Shown here: positions 26,862 through 40,840 of the stretch, piece by piece
Numbering within the stretch: position 1 is the first letter of the stretch
How the letters are laid out: every line of letters starts with the position of its first letter
Assembly (NCBI GenBank): GCA_051362555.1
Contig: CM120643.1
Span: 9,362,001 to 9,426,000 of the forward strand
Reading direction: 5' to 3'
Length of the DNA: 64,000 bases
Source of the DNA: Lingula anatina
Taxonomy: Eukaryota; Animalia; Brachiopoda
Translations under genes and position numbers: made by a program
The notes under the pieces: model-generated
What the model was told of the DNA's origin: nothing
Seen by the model: only the letters and a program-made list of their open reading frames with translations
Databases searched by the model: none

Positions 26862-29800
26862 TTCCTGCTTCACCGCAGAAATGAAAGAAAAATAACATTT
26901 TTGCTGAAATATATTTTATTTTGAATGTTGAAGGATAGGACAATAACTAATTATAATGACTGTTTCCAAAACCATACAGACAAGCAGGCGATATGTTCTA
27001 AAACGTACGCCTGGCTTCATATCAATGCGTTGTAACCAGATAATATTGAGTTCGAGCGACTGAGGCACATTTGCTCTGTTCACTGAAATAGTTTTCTGCG
27101 TTCGGCAGTTATATGGAAATTAATGTTATGAGAGATTCAATACTGTTATTGAACTAGGTTATTAAAAATGTCTGGGAATGAATGAGTGAAATTATGGCTC
27201 TGGAAAAGTTTTATCAGAACCCACACAATGATATTTGTAGTTTATCTACCAAGAATTCTGAAACCGCTGAATGACAAGGTGCTATTGCTAATGTATTGCA
27301 GCTAAAGGATCAAGTCACCCTGTCCCACTAAAGTCCTTGGCAACAGCAAATGGATATCATGCTTCTGTCATTCTCTCTGCAAAGTAAGTGGGCACTCAAA
27401 CAGTTAAAATTCTTATCAGGAATCTCAAAGTCACCGTTACAATTGTTGGCTACTGTTTTGAATACGGACAAATGGCTTGTATTTCGCCCATTTCGGCAGT
27501 GAAATATAACTGATGATGGCGTGTCAGAGCGCATCATCGTGTATTGTCTAATGTTTACAGCATAGCAGCTCCAACCCGTGCCCCGTCTACCCGGGAGAGT
27601 ATCCCATTTCCACGCTGACCCCGCGCCATTCAGGTCGTATGCAAAACAGAACTAGAGATGGCGCAGTGAAAAGGCCACGGCTGTCACATGGCACGACGCC
27701 CCCTCCCAAAGCCACTAACCCTGAACCCCTGACCCATAGGTGACATGCAGGACCAAGGGTGTATTTTTAAATGGAGGAGAGCAAATATACAATAATATCT
27801 GATTCCTCTATCCCATTTCCTAGATTTCTAAGACCATATACACAACATAGCCGTTTAATATTAACTAGATGTTCTATATGCAGTTTGACAACTTGGACCC
27901 AAAGGTGAAAGTTGACCTACACTCGGCTGGCTACCGATGCAGAGTACTATTGTAGATTGAAATAGTCATATTAATGTACGTCGAGATAAGTGCCTTCCAT
28001 CTGTGACATGCTAGGGCAGTACTGACTTGACATTTAAGAGACGTTTATGTGAATATGCTGCAATGTAATGGCGATTAAGCATACAGATGGTATATTCATA
28101 TGCTCAATTTATTTATACCATCCCCATCTATATATTTAAACCACGAATCCTTCATTTTTTTTCTACATTTTTTACCAGTTGAAAATTCATGCACAGAAGC
28201 ATATGCATATTGTTTATGCGATGTGTTAGTTTGTGCCATGCGCCCGCCCTGTTTACAACAGCTTGGCATCATTCTGCACAAAGAACATGCATGTTATAAA
28301 CACAGGAATGTCCCCGTTATTTATACTCCATGACTGATATGGACATAAAGTACTTTTAGAAGATATATTCCATAACAACAGGCTGTGGCTTGGCTGCATG
28401 TCCGATAGGTATGGGAATTTGCCAATATGGCGTCCCGCATTGGCCACCTGTTGCTCCTAAGTGGCTGTGAGCTTTAGGAGTGGCTCATTTGTCACGATTT
28501 TTAAGAAATTATTTTACCATATATAAATAGTAAATAGCTGAATACAATTTTGCTCTTTTCTTTGAAGGTGTCTTGTTTTGTTTTCTAAGTGGGTCTCATG
28601 GAAAGTTGTATGCACTAAGTGGTTGTAGTAGCAGTACAACTTATTTTAAATGCAACATGTCGCTTTTTTTTGGAGAAAAGTTGTTTTCAGGTACACAATA
28701 CTCTCTAGAGATGTTTTATCATTTTATTGTGTTCTTTTAACACGACTGTTCTTGTTTTTCTATATGTCTATAAAAAACGTTACTGTTTTCCAAGAATTAG
28801 CATCATAAAACAGACAAGGTGATCTTGGAGACATTCAGTTCTTTTAAGAAATGTTGCACTATTATCATTCAACGTGGCTTCTCTAATTGAACCCTGCTCA
28901 TTTCTTGTCACATCAAAACATATCATATTTTTCTTCCAAGAAAAGCTGCCCTTCAGTATAATCACATCGTTGTCTTGACGATAATTAATTTGAAGCTATC
29001 ATTGTTTTCTGTGAAAGATAAGAGATGTCGTGAATGGCAACTCGGATTACGTGATAACAGTCTTTGCAGGAAGTTGCGTTTGCATTGGGTTTCACATCAC
29101 GAAGGAGAATGACTTATTTCCCTTTATTGACTCGTCATCTCGTCTCCTGACATCAGGTTGATCAGACACAGTAAATCTACAGATGGCCCAGATGTCCTAC
29201 AGTGACTTATACTCATGAGGTCCATATTTAAGAAATGTCTTTTACCTTTGTTTCGTTCTCTGTTGTTGTAAGTGTGGTTGTTATCACTTCCCAGAACCTA
29301 CAACGTGTTGCGATTTGTTACGTGCTATCTGAGAGTATAACATTGTGATTATTGGGAATACTATATAATATAATGAGGAGAGAAATGAAAATCGTTATTT
29401 CTTTTGTATTGTAATTTCCTTTCAAATTTATATAGAAAATATATGCATATCCGTGTTATCGACGATGCATTGGTCTGCATATGATATAGAAAATTATAGA
29501 CATCTAAACCAAGAGGGTTGTTGCTAGAGTATTTTTCTTTTTACTTGAAGGAAGCTTATCAATTGCATATCGTATTATTGGGTTATAAAGAGCAGGCTTC
29601 GTTAGATGTTATATGTCTATGAACACCTGTTCAAGCCCCCATTACCATTTTCTATTTTGCTTCAACCGGTTGTAAAGCAAGGCTGGCATTAAGGTATATA
29701 ACATCCACACAATTACCTACACAGAGGATGGGCATTCAGATGATCATGGGTTTTCTTTAAGGTCGTGTTGCAATCGTTCTGTCAACTGATAACAGGCGAT

Positions 29801-31654
29801 ATGCCATTTGTGTTGAATAAACTTTGCATGCATTCAGCCTACATGCATAATGAACTTTGCCAGCAGCCTCGAATAATTCTTAATATCATTTGAATTGAAT
29901 TGTATTAGATATATGGCTGATTCGTGAAACGTTTGTATTTAAATGTGTTTATACTTGTATTTGAAGATTATTTTGTCTTGTATTTCTTTCTGTGGTGTAA
30001 AAAACTGACCTGTGGTCCACAGAGAGGCTCAAGCTGGACCGTATTTTCCAAATATTTACTAAATCCACGAGTGGCCATACCTGACTGTGTATAAAATGCA
30101 TATGGCGGTTTCTGATGCTCATCCTGTAAATTATTTCTGAGTCATACCATACCATATCATATTGACAACACAAAATGAATGTGTTTGTCTTACGCACCTT
30201 ATTCACAATTAAGTGTTATAAAAATAAACAACAGTATCATTCAACTTAAGTGATAGTGAAGATGTGAACTTGCAAGCGCATACACGACACACGATACGTG
30301 TTACAATGTATCTTTATTGGGTAACACACAAAAACCACACGTGTGTGACAATAATGTATACCTTTGAAAGAAGCTGTTAATTATCAGAGCTGATACTTGA
30401 GTGTAATAGTACAGTGGATGCTGCTTCCTTGTTAATAACATTAGTGATGCTGAAGTGTTTTTCAATTTACGGCACGTTCGATTGAACGTTTATGTGTGTG
30501 ATTACAAAATTCGTTGGTCTGAACAAATGAATTGTATCTAATGTTTAAGCAGCGATGCCAAGTTACTTGTTTTGTTTTTCGGACAATTTGTCCGTGTCGA
30601 ACTCTCTCTTTAAAGATAGCAGACGAACATGGGGATAATACATACGGGCACAACGAGGCGGCGTTACGTAATACTAGTGCTACGGGGAGCACAAATGTGA
30701 TTCCGACATATTGTTATCAGTAGTTGTTCAAATCACGAGGTCTTGTGCATATGAGACAACCAGTGAACTCCTACTTATTCACGCCTTTCATCGCCGTGAG
30801 GGTACACGGCTTGTATCGCTTGATAGCAAATGCCATTTTAAATAACATCGCTCTGCTTATTCTTAAAATACGAAGACGCTCGTGTTGTTTCACGTATCTT
30901 ACCTTACGCTTGCAGGTAAATAACTTCTACCCACCCACCCACCCACCCACTGGTTGTGAAATATAAAAGATATGCACAATTTAAGCATACCCTAAACTCT
31001 ATCATCAAGTATTTATTTGATTAAAACTCCTTGATCGCAACTCATATATGTACAATGAAGTTTGTTTCCGTACAAAGCAAAAGGCAGAAAGCGTGAAAGA
31101 AGACACCTCAGCCATGTATATATCAGCCATTACCTGCACAGGGTCATGCGCCGATAACCTTGCTTTCCAACCACGTTGACAATCTCAAGCTATTAACCTG
31201 ACAGAAAGAATATTTTACTTGACTTTGTGAGATTATAGATCTGTCTGGGTCTGAAACCTGTTTTATGTGAATTGCCCCCTGATTTGGGTGGGACGTGTCA
31301 AAAAGGCATGGAACGACACTCGGCTTTATCTCCTTTCAGTGTTTTTTTGGGGGGTGCTGTAAAAAGTCGTGTTGAAACTTTGTCCTTTGTATACTCACAA
31401 TATGGAGATAATGTCGCATAGCTCAAAATACGATAATTACTGCCCAAAGACTCAACAATAACAGTAGCATACAATGAATGCCAGCACATAGTATTGATAC
31501 TATGTACATGTAGACATTGCAAAGCGTTTGTACTTTTTCAATAATACAAATTGACAGTGCAGATTCCGCTACACCGAAATCAGTAAATGGTTGTATTAGC
31601 ACTGTGCATCCATTTGTACTTATTTCTTTTATATTCCTTAACGGCTTTCCTCAG

Positions 31655-31744
31655 ATCTTGGTTTAGAAGGGGACCAGTCTGTAGACTATGGAGTTCGGCA
31701 ATGCCAGGAAATGTCCAGTATTATAACTAGACTCATTAATGACG
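31655..31744 (+). CDS. ESRP1: ESRP exon 4
   Basis: (Y)LGLEGDQSVDYGVRQCQEMSSIITRLIND, compared with ESRP1 [25 protein letters not shown]. Donor GTAGGT, phase 1/1. Confidence 0.9.
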
Positions 31745-33762
31745 GTAGGTAAACCATTCTAATGGACTCTAGCATTATGGTTCAATAGATTGGATGTGAT
31801 TTATACTACCATCTGATACCACCATTTGACATCATTATCCCAGAAAGTTTCTGCAGTGGTAAGTGAAAACTGTAAGTCATGCTCAGAATGAGACAAGCGT
31901 AAGGAACCATGGCAACCGACCCGTTGCTATGACAAACACCCGCATGTCATGAATGATGCAGAATAAAGACAAGCCCTGTAACGTTTAATGGATGAGGACG
32001 TCCAAAGTGACAGCTGCTGGACTCGTTACATCAATGCATGCGTCATGTAACGCGATTTTCATCAATTTGTTCAATATACCTGGTGTAGATTAAATCCCAT
32101 CGAAATCTTTAATGTATTCAATTCTGAACAGCGATACGAAGAAAGTATCAAATAAAAACGTGTGTTTGAAAATTATCCACCTTGAAAACGTTTATCATAA
32201 ATTTTGTTAGCTACAGCGCTTCCTTAAAATAAGTCAAATGTTTTTTTTTATTATGAAGCATTATCAAACATGTGATATTTTTTGTATAAAGATGTTCAAA
32301 ACACAATTTCCACCCAATTCCTTTTATCCACTCAATCATTTTCACAGTTCAGAAAGATAAAAAAATATTTGTCAACTATAACTAGATTATGACACATATA
32401 AATGTGTCCCAATTTTTTGGTTTAAGAATATTCTCAGGATCAGGCCGATCCTGTGGTATGTCGAAACTATTGTTTTACATACGTTCAAACACGTAACCCA
32501 TAGGTCCCCTCTCCGTCTATTGTTTCAGCGGCTCATGATTGATGTTTATGCATAGAAATTCCTCTCATGGTCCGTACATTCACATAAATTCACATGTGAA
32601 AAAAATACAGACATTACCTTTGATATAAACGGTATACCGATCATGCGAAAATTATGGGTCATTTTCGGTAGTTTCCTGAGTGCCCTGAAGGTGAATGGAG
32701 TAAACGGTACCGTCAGTTGTTCCGTTGCTTAAGGCGACACAGGTATTAAAGCGTTCCTGTGACCATATTTTACCTGCAGTATCGAGGGTTGGGTGGAAAT
32801 TGTTTTGCCAATGGCGTATCATTGTGCTCTATATTGTTGCGCTTATTGAATTAATACCATCTTGGTTTAGAAAAAAGGTGATTCCTGGGTTTGTGTAAAC
32901 TTTAGTGCTTGGGGAAGCCAAGAGGGAATACTTTCCCTTCAGTTGTTTCATGTTTCATGACGCATGCCATCTTGATTATACGATTAATCCATTAATCTAG
33001 AAAGTCCATAAACCTTGGCTGTCCTGTCACCCATGTCCATTTTAAACGCCATTAACAGTATCAACAGATTGCCTATCTTGTCCACTTCGCTGTACAAGAC
33101 TATTAAATTATAAACCATTGTTTACAAAAATGTGGTTCCCCTGCCTAATCTGGCAAATCTGGGAGGAGGGCTTCAAGATGTACAACGACAACGTCGTTCA
33201 AGGTCCTTTCTCTTGTAAAGATTTATCTGAGATCATAACTTATTTAGTATTTGCAACGGTAATGCCATCAAAACCTTGCATCCTAGTATAGTAGAGATAC
33301 AAGATGTAAGACACGTGTAGTAAGGTCCGCTATTTGATGTATTCCTGAGCCACTAAAAATCGTGCTTTGAATATTTGGCAAAAAAGATGACCCAAAACTT
33401 CAACATTTGTCCAATAATAGCGCCACGGAGGCAAAAATAGATATCCCAATACGCCAATGTCTATCTTTTAATCTTAATATCTAATTTTGCACAAATTTGT
33501 TTAGAAATTTGAATATGACGTTTTATTAATACTACAATAGGAAAATGGTGGGCAAAGTTATTTTCTCCCCGTCCAAAAAATATGTATGATATGTGGTATT
33601 TCAAACTTGAGCATTTTCAATCAACATTTCCCATTCTTTTATTTCATTTATCATGTCTTTTGTGAGTAGAATTTTTTATTGTCAAAACATGATCATTATT
33701 GTTGAAACATTACATGGGATGGTGTGTATGTGGGATAATTGTTATATCAAAATTGGTTTCAG

Positions 33763-33817
33763 GACACACGTTCACAGACCCAGACATCATTAAGGATAGA
33801 CTTGAGCCAGGGATATG
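33763..33817 (+). CDS. ESRP1: ESRP exon 5 (55 nt)
   Basis: GHTFTDPDIIKDRLEPGIC, compared with ESRP1 HRFSDPERVNYKFESGTC. AG/GTAAGA boundaries; phases fit both neighbours. Confidence 0.88.
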
Positions 33818-35817
33818 GTAAGATTTTTAATCTTTTGTCGTGTTTAGTAGAGTAAATTCACGTTTCTCAAGCAATACCTGATTCAAGCATGTTTTTCCTA
33901 TTTCAACAAAGGCTGTTAAGACTGCTAATTTGTGAAACTCATATATTTTATAAATGTGACAATGTTGACATCAACTGTTACGCCGTTTGAAATCTAATGT
34001 TACCAATTACAATGACCATGTTGTATAACCATTAATGTGTCAAATGGTATTCATGTCGAGGGTATTTTATACGATTCATGCGACTGAAGATGCCACCGCT
34101 GTTATCTATTCAATCGACAGTTATTGAGTGCGAACCCCTCCCCACAAATCATGGGACGACTCTCCACATGATATGTGGCCTGTGATTTATTTGCATTGTT
34201 ATCTGTATGGGATGGTTGCTGGAATTATGACCGTTCTCAGAACAGAGGCCCTTGACTCTACTGTACTTGTCTACTGTAGACTATAACCTGGCACCCGAGC
34301 AGCCTGACTCGATGGCGGCCTCTGGTTTCCAATTTGGTTGTTTTGTTAATTGGTTCCAGTGTTTCTTAACTGCATGACGGGATCATTGACCACAATCAGG
34401 GCTAGAATTTCACTTAGATCGTGTTAGATTCGATCTATCTGAGCCTAGTCTGAAAGGATTTATTGCTAGAGTCTTTTCAATGTCCCTAAGCTATGTCAGG
34501 AGGGCAAACTGTTTTATCTTATCCACACATCAAGAATTACATAAAACGTGACAGAAGTTATTAATGTGGCACATCAGAAGAAAACAATATATTACTGCCG
34601 TCACCGTGGAGAATACTGTTCTATTCTCTTATACAGCTACATTAGCTCAAGCGATTCTTACAAACGCTATTACAAAAAATATATAATAGATCTTTATATA
34701 GGGCTGCATTTCAAGGCCTCGTCGCGTCTGCATAAAAAGATCACCCTATCGTACTTCTTTTCTGGTTTTAACACTAGCACCTACTAAAAAGCAATCTTCT
34801 GTCATGTAACCTTTATTTATAGTTAAAATTACCATTTAAATGGTACATAAATTCAGTCCATAGTCAAATGTTAAACCTCTCAGCGTGCTTAAAAGTACTG
34901 AGTGGTTAGAAACGAGTAGACATTACCCAGGGTCATTTACAACAGCGCTAGCTGCAACGATTAGCTAAATTGCGATATACATGAAAGGCCATTCATCCCC
35001 AAATTGCCTTACTTCACATATTTTATCATAATATAACAATATATTGCTACCAGTTGTCCATTTTCAATACTGCCTGGACACGCTATGCTGGCTAATATCG
35101 CCCCCCTTTTGGGCTTGACCTTCCCAATTGATAATAACTAGGTATAATCAATTGGAAAAAAATTACCCGCTATTACTCAGCATGTAAATATAGAGTTGCC
35201 CCAGAAATGATACATTCGCATATTAAATATATGCACAGCTCACAGGCAAGGTCTGCGTTGTTTGCTCTGTCTGCAATGGCTAAATATTATATTATGTGGT
35301 ATTATCGTGAAACAATCATAAATGCAAAGATATGCCTATACTCCTATGCCAGATCTTAAGGCGTGCTTGCCAAAAAAGAATACCGACAAACAAATCTGTA
35401 TTTTTTTTAACTGCGTCGTATAAATACCTGCTTGAAGTTAGAGCAACGTGGTCTTTCAAGATAGCATAAATGAATAGAGATCGCACCTGTGCTCGTCATG
35501 GTCTTTAAGCACCATCTCCTTACACTAGCCCCTGTCTTTTTAATGTTCTTCTATGCCCTATTGCTTTCCAATCCAAGCACATAGAGCAGATTGCCTATTC
35601 AAAATTAAGCGTGAGAACCCATTGGAATTGGGTCCATATTTTTATTTTGTTTTGTCATCGTAAAAATGAGGATGGTGTCTGTCACTAATGTTTTTCTCCA
35701 ACTTAACTGCATCTATATAGAAAACATTACACTGGTTGAATGCTGGTCTTGAATGAGTCACATTTATGACTAATTTTGTACCGTCATTTAGAATGTCGTT
35801 ATTTTTTTCTTTTGCAG

Positions 35818-35928
35818 CAATAAAACTGAATTTGTTGATGACGATACCGTTATTCGGGCACGTGGGTTACCATGGCAATCGTCAGACCAAGATATAGCGA
35901 AGTTCTTTCGTGGCCTTAACATCGCAAA
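35818..35928 (+). CDS. ESRP1: ESRP exon 6 (start of RRM1)
   Basis: [32 protein letters not shown], near-identical to ESRP1. Confidence 0.95.
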
Positions 35929-36318
35929 GTGGGTGTATTTTTCATACAGAATATGATATCTCTGTACAGTTTAAATTCGAAAATTTCAACTCGATTTATA
36001 TCATTTTAAGTAAAATAATTCATGAAATAATTTTTGATTTCAAGGTGCAATTGCACTAGACAGGGAAGCAGACTGCAACCATCATATTAGTGTTTTGGCA
36101 TTCAGTTTCAAAAAAGCTATATATTTTCCAAACGTACAGTCACATTATTTAAACTTTCATTAACAAAACTGCCTTTTTAAAACGATGCGGTTAATTTTAG
36201 AATTCACTTACGCATTGTGGTTAAATATTTCCATGTGCTTAAGCAAATTAAAAGGCCCATTGCAGCCTAGTGAGTGAGTGTTAATAACCTTAACATTACG
36301 CTTAATTTCTACTTCAAG

Positions 36319-36494
36319 GGGTGGCGTTGCTCTGTGCCTTAGTCAACAAGGACGCCGAAATGGAGAAGCTCTTATTCGTTTTGAGAATAAAGAGCACAGG
36401 GATCTTGCCTTAAAGAAACATAAACACCATCTTGGACAGAGGTATATTGAAGTGTACAAGGCGTCGGGGAAAGACTTCATCAACGTGGCGGGCG
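36319..36494 (+). CDS. ESRP1: ESRP exon 7 (RRM1)
   Basis: [58 protein letters not shown]. Confidence 0.96.
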
Positions 36495-36793
36495 GTAAGG
36501 AAATAATTTTAAAAATTTGTAATTTGAGTGAAATGGGATTTTAAAAATGCAGAAATTTGCCAGTCAAGTGCATACAAAAGGCTGTTTTTTTGTATCATGT
36601 AAAACGATGGTTAGTGGCCATTGGAACAACTTCTTGTGTATTTGTTCTAGGTAAATGATAAGCTATCTCGTTTAGTCTATCCATCCCCCACAAGTCAAAT
36701 GTATGTTTGTGTCATTACGGCAAGGCATTGATGCTGCCTGACAATGCGCACTTTGGATTATTCATAATCTCTAATCACATTTCCTTACCACAG

Positions 36794-36888
36794 GTAACAA
36801 CACAGAGGCCCAGGCATTCCTGTCACGTGGTGGTCAGGTGATCATACGCATGCGCGGTCTTCCTTATTCGTGCACAACAGAACAAGTG
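36794..36888 (+). CDS. ESRP1: ESRP exon 8 (start of RRM2)
   Basis: [41 protein letters not shown] boundaries. Confidence 0.95.
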
Positions 36889-38791
36889 GTGAGTTCTTTT
36901 CCCTACCTTAACAAAAATTGAATTGAAATGTAATTTCTTCACTTTTCTGAGAAAACTTTAAACCCGAAGGCCTTCAAAATGAAGCGTTATGCCCTTAAAC
37001 ATTGAAAAATATCCACACAATTATATTTTCCATGGCCACAACTAAAAAGAGCAGTAATAACAGGTGAAAATACCACTTTACCCAAAAACCGTGTGGTGAA
37101 CTTTGCACCATTAAAGTATTGTTTGATAATGTCAGTATTGAAACAAAATATACCAAGTATAGAAGTCCGCTTTATATACATCCCTATTATCTGCCTGGAT
37201 AACGAAAAGCATAAGTAAACAACAAGTCCTTTACTTCTACTCCATATATAAACCAGGCGGGCATCAGTAAGAGGGCAAGGGGGGGGAGAGGTAGACTGAC
37301 ATTTTTGACCCAGTCTTCCTTCTCAAAAAAGGAAAATTAAATTTGAAATCATAAGAAAAGAAAGAAAAACTTTATGTAAACGAAAATGTATCAAAAATGA
37401 AAAAAACTTGGCCTACAAAATCATAGCCAACAGCATTGTGTACCTATATAAAGTTATTTGATAGGTGCTAAATGAATGTAGGATGCCCCGTGTATGTACT
37501 GGATTATTTAATATACACACTGCATCCTGCCTCCTCTCCCTAGATATGGTTAAGTCACCCAAACACCGAACCTATATCAGAGCTCATATATCTGAGTGTT
37601 TATTTAAACTATTTAATTTTTGTACATAATGAAAAGAGCATACAATCCAACAAATTATGGCACGGTGTAATACAATGCAAAGCGAAATCCGAATGAAAAC
37701 ATACGTAAAACCATCTGACTTCCTTTCAGCGATGTATGATAGAGGCGACTTGAGTCTTGAAGCCAGGTAAGCACTCCCGCCTTCCATATCCACAGCCCAA
37801 TTCATACAACAAACAGGTGGCTGCTTCCTAGTGAGTGAAAATCCCGTATCGGGCCTATACTATGTCATGGGGGTTTTGCAATGCAGGCAGGCTGGGTTCG
37901 GGCTCCTGTGTTTTGGCTTTTTAGTTAGATCTGGTCGTATGATAACACCACGGTCTTACGGATACGGATATGGATATGGAAAGGCTGACGGTTCGGTTTC
38001 AGACATTATTTATATTTATCCAGGCGAATGATGGCTGATGGCATATTATAGGTGATAAAATATGGGGTGCTGGCGATCACTTCAACATGATCTGGGCCAA
38101 CTTAGAAAACACCATAACGACCACTTGGGATAAAGGAAGCGTTGAGGTCTTTTACCGTTATTATGTCTTCACCTTCCCTGGAGGGCCTCTCCTGGGACGC
38201 TCTGCTCTTTACTACTTTATTCCAGGGAACAAATTGAGTATTTACCCCCTTTTAGGGTTTTATGGCTGGTAGAGATCATTTATGCGAATGCTGGGAGTGG
38301 TCCATAAGTCATTCACAGGGTCACGGGGGTGATTTGCCCTATAGAGAGATATCAGCGGTTTTGGGTGTTTACTTTTTTTCCTACCTTTAATACTACAGTT
38401 TTCTTAACAGGTTTCTTAGCTCCTCCGAGTGACGTGTACCACTACTGCATAACCAGCTTGAAGTGCACTGTGACGTCACACCACTAAACGTGACGTCATC
38501 ATATGTTACATCATCACAAAACAATTATCACAAGCAGTCACCCTCTCCAGGCGGGCGTAAAGATATAGGGGAACATGGAATTATTTTTATTTCTTCACTT
38601 TTACATAATTCTCCTAACCTACTTAACATCAGTTTTGCTGATGCGGGGGCGTGTTTGTATTATCTTTATTATCATTACTGCAACCGGTGATACGTACCAA
38701 ACATAATACAATGTAGATGCTTGAGGTGAAGGCTTCTTTGTTAACATTCTAAGGGAAAGTGACCGGTGTTTTCTCTATGCTCTCTCCTCAG

Positions 38792-39007
38792 CTCGACTTT
38801 TTCCGTCGCGGAGAGAATGCGGTAGAGGTGCTGGATGGAGAAGAAGGGATTTTGTTTGTCCACCAGGCAGATGGGCGTGCCACGGGAGATGCTTTTGTCC
38901 TCTTTGCCACCGAGGAGGCGTCCAACACAGCCCTGCTCAAGCACAGAGAGCTCATTGGAACCAGATATATTGAACTGTTTAAGAGTACTACTGCTGAAGT
39001 ACAACAG
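38792..39007 (+). CDS. ESRP1: ESRP exon 9 (RRM2)
   Basis: [21 protein letters not shown]...[22 protein letters not shown]. Confidence 0.96.
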
Positions 39008-39364
39008 GTAACGAAGATCGTACAAGGATTTTGTCAATTGTGTTGTACAACTATCGCAATGTGGGAAGGGTATTCGGTTGGTTTTGATAAACCACTGATG
39101 TAACTTTATTCCACGATATAGTTACCAACAACTAAACTTATCATAAACAACCTTATCATAAATAATACTATCATTATCATTGAAATGATTATATCATGGT
39201 TTAACATAAATTATGGTACAGGATATGTTAATTGAAAAGCATGTAGTTTTGTATTCTGCGGACATTTCCTGGTTGGTAGGTTCACTAAATCATTGATTTG
39301 GTTTGGGGTTCAATGGCTCAATAATCGCCTCAAATAATTTGTTTGTTTTTTTTTCGTTCTTTAG

Positions 39365-39613
39365 GTGTTAAACAGAAGCATGGATCCAAGGAGCCCGCAA
39401 GAGCCAGACATTCCTCTTCCACCACTCATTGCCTCGCTTCCGCAAAGTCTTCCATTCCTTCCTCAGCAGGCAATCACTTGCGGCGTGCTCAAAGATTGTA
39501 CGCGCATGCGTGGACTTCCATACGAGGCCACGGTCACGGACATCCTGAATTTTCTTGGGGAACATTCTAGAAATATTGTCTTCCAAGGGGTTCATATGGT
39601 GTACAATGCACAG
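39365..39613 (+). CDS. ESRP1: ESRP exon 10 (linker and start of RRM3)
   Basis: VLNRS...[41 protein letters not shown]. Confidence 0.96.
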
Positions 39614-39853
39614 GTAGGGCTGCACAAATCGAGTCCATGAAAGCTCATGTGTTTTTGTATATAAAAAAAATAAAACTATTAGTTAAATAAATACAATTTT
39701 GATTTCATGTAAACAGTTATATTCTTTTTGGTGAACATTTGTTATGCAAGTTAAAACCTGATACAACTGTTTGCTGGATAAAGATGAATGCAGATAAAGA
39801 AAACCAGAGGCAAAATTCTTCAAATTGACAATGCTAATCGTTATCTTCTACAG

Positions 39854-40205
39854 GGTCAACCAACAGGAGAAGCATTTATCCAGATGGACAATGAGTTGTC
39901 TGCCGAGGCCTGTGCCGCCAGTCGCCACAAAAAGTACATGATTCACGGGAATAAGAAACGTTACATAGAGGTCTTCCAGTGTTCCGGGGAGGACATGAAC
40001 ATGGTGCTGACAAACGGGGCCCTACCTCCGCCCCCTAATCCCGCTGCAGCCGCCGCCGCCGCCGTTGCTGCCACGGCGCCAGTGACGCCGACCCTCCACG
40101 CGCTCCCGACCCCGCAGACGATACCCCAGCTGGCCAGACACCCCGTGCACCAACTCCAACCTTCATCTGCCGCTGCCATGCTCGCCACTGGCGGCTTGGG
40201 GCAGA
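39854..40205 (+). CDS. ESRP1: ESRP exon 11 (RRM3 and Ala/Pro-rich region)
   Basis: [12 protein letters not shown]...[19 protein letters not shown] followed by a poly-Ala tract. Donor GTAAGT at 40206, with an alternative GTAAGA at 40212. Confidence 0.93.
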
Positions 40206-40484
40206 GTAAGTGTAAGATGCTTTTGACTGATTTTTATAGTAGTAGCAGCTTCTGATGTTAAACATAATAATAAGAATAAGAAAAATGGTATACTTTATTG
40301 GATCTAGCACATTTTTTTGCAGATAAGCTATGACCCTACAATATTTTGCAATTATGATTAATAGTAAAGACAGGTATTTACAAATTTGCATCAAAACGAA
40401 AAATTTCTTTATCTGCTGACGCAACTGATGTTTTCTACCAGTTGATCCAGGCACAACCACATTTATTTTTTACATCCATTACAG

Positions 40485-40840
40485 TTGCCTTCTCAAGTGC
40501 CCCAATACTGCCACAAACGACTCTGTCGCCGGCTTCCCCTTACACTGCTGCATATCCCTACCCGACAGCCGCCACTGCCACTGCTCTCCCACAGGCCACG
40601 CCCTTCGCCGCCCACTCGATGACGTCACCGTTCGTAGCGCCGTCACTCACACATATCCCAGCCGCCAGACCCGCTGCCACCAACCCGTACTACCCGCCAA
40701 TACTGTACTGGTATCCAAGTCCGCCTGTGTCACCGCAGACTTATTATGCCCATTCCGGGCCCTCTGTTGTCGTAATGAGGGGGCTGCCGTATAATGCAAC
40801 CGTACAGGACATTCTCAATTTCTTTGAGGGCTTCTATGAG
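40485..40840 (+). CDS. ESRP1: ESRP exon 12 (Pro/Tyr-rich region and start of RRM4)
   Basis: YWYPSPPVSP and VVVMRGLPYNATVQDILNFFEGFYE, compared with ESRP1 YYPSPPGSP and [23 protein letters not shown]. Phase-1 acceptor at 40483-40484. Confidence 0.9.

Larger units (their letters stand above)
17938..31654 (+). other. U12-type (minor spliceosome) GT-AG intron, 13,717 nt
   Basis: 5' splice site GTATCCTTT; branch point TTCCTTAAC (31634-31642) ending 12 nt before the intron end. The splice T|AT restores MLEYL. Confidence 0.93.

Noticed and set aside
35929-36318. Second U12 intron suggested by CCTTAAC near 36289
   Set aside because: The donor is GTGGGT, not RTATCC, so it is treated as U2-type.
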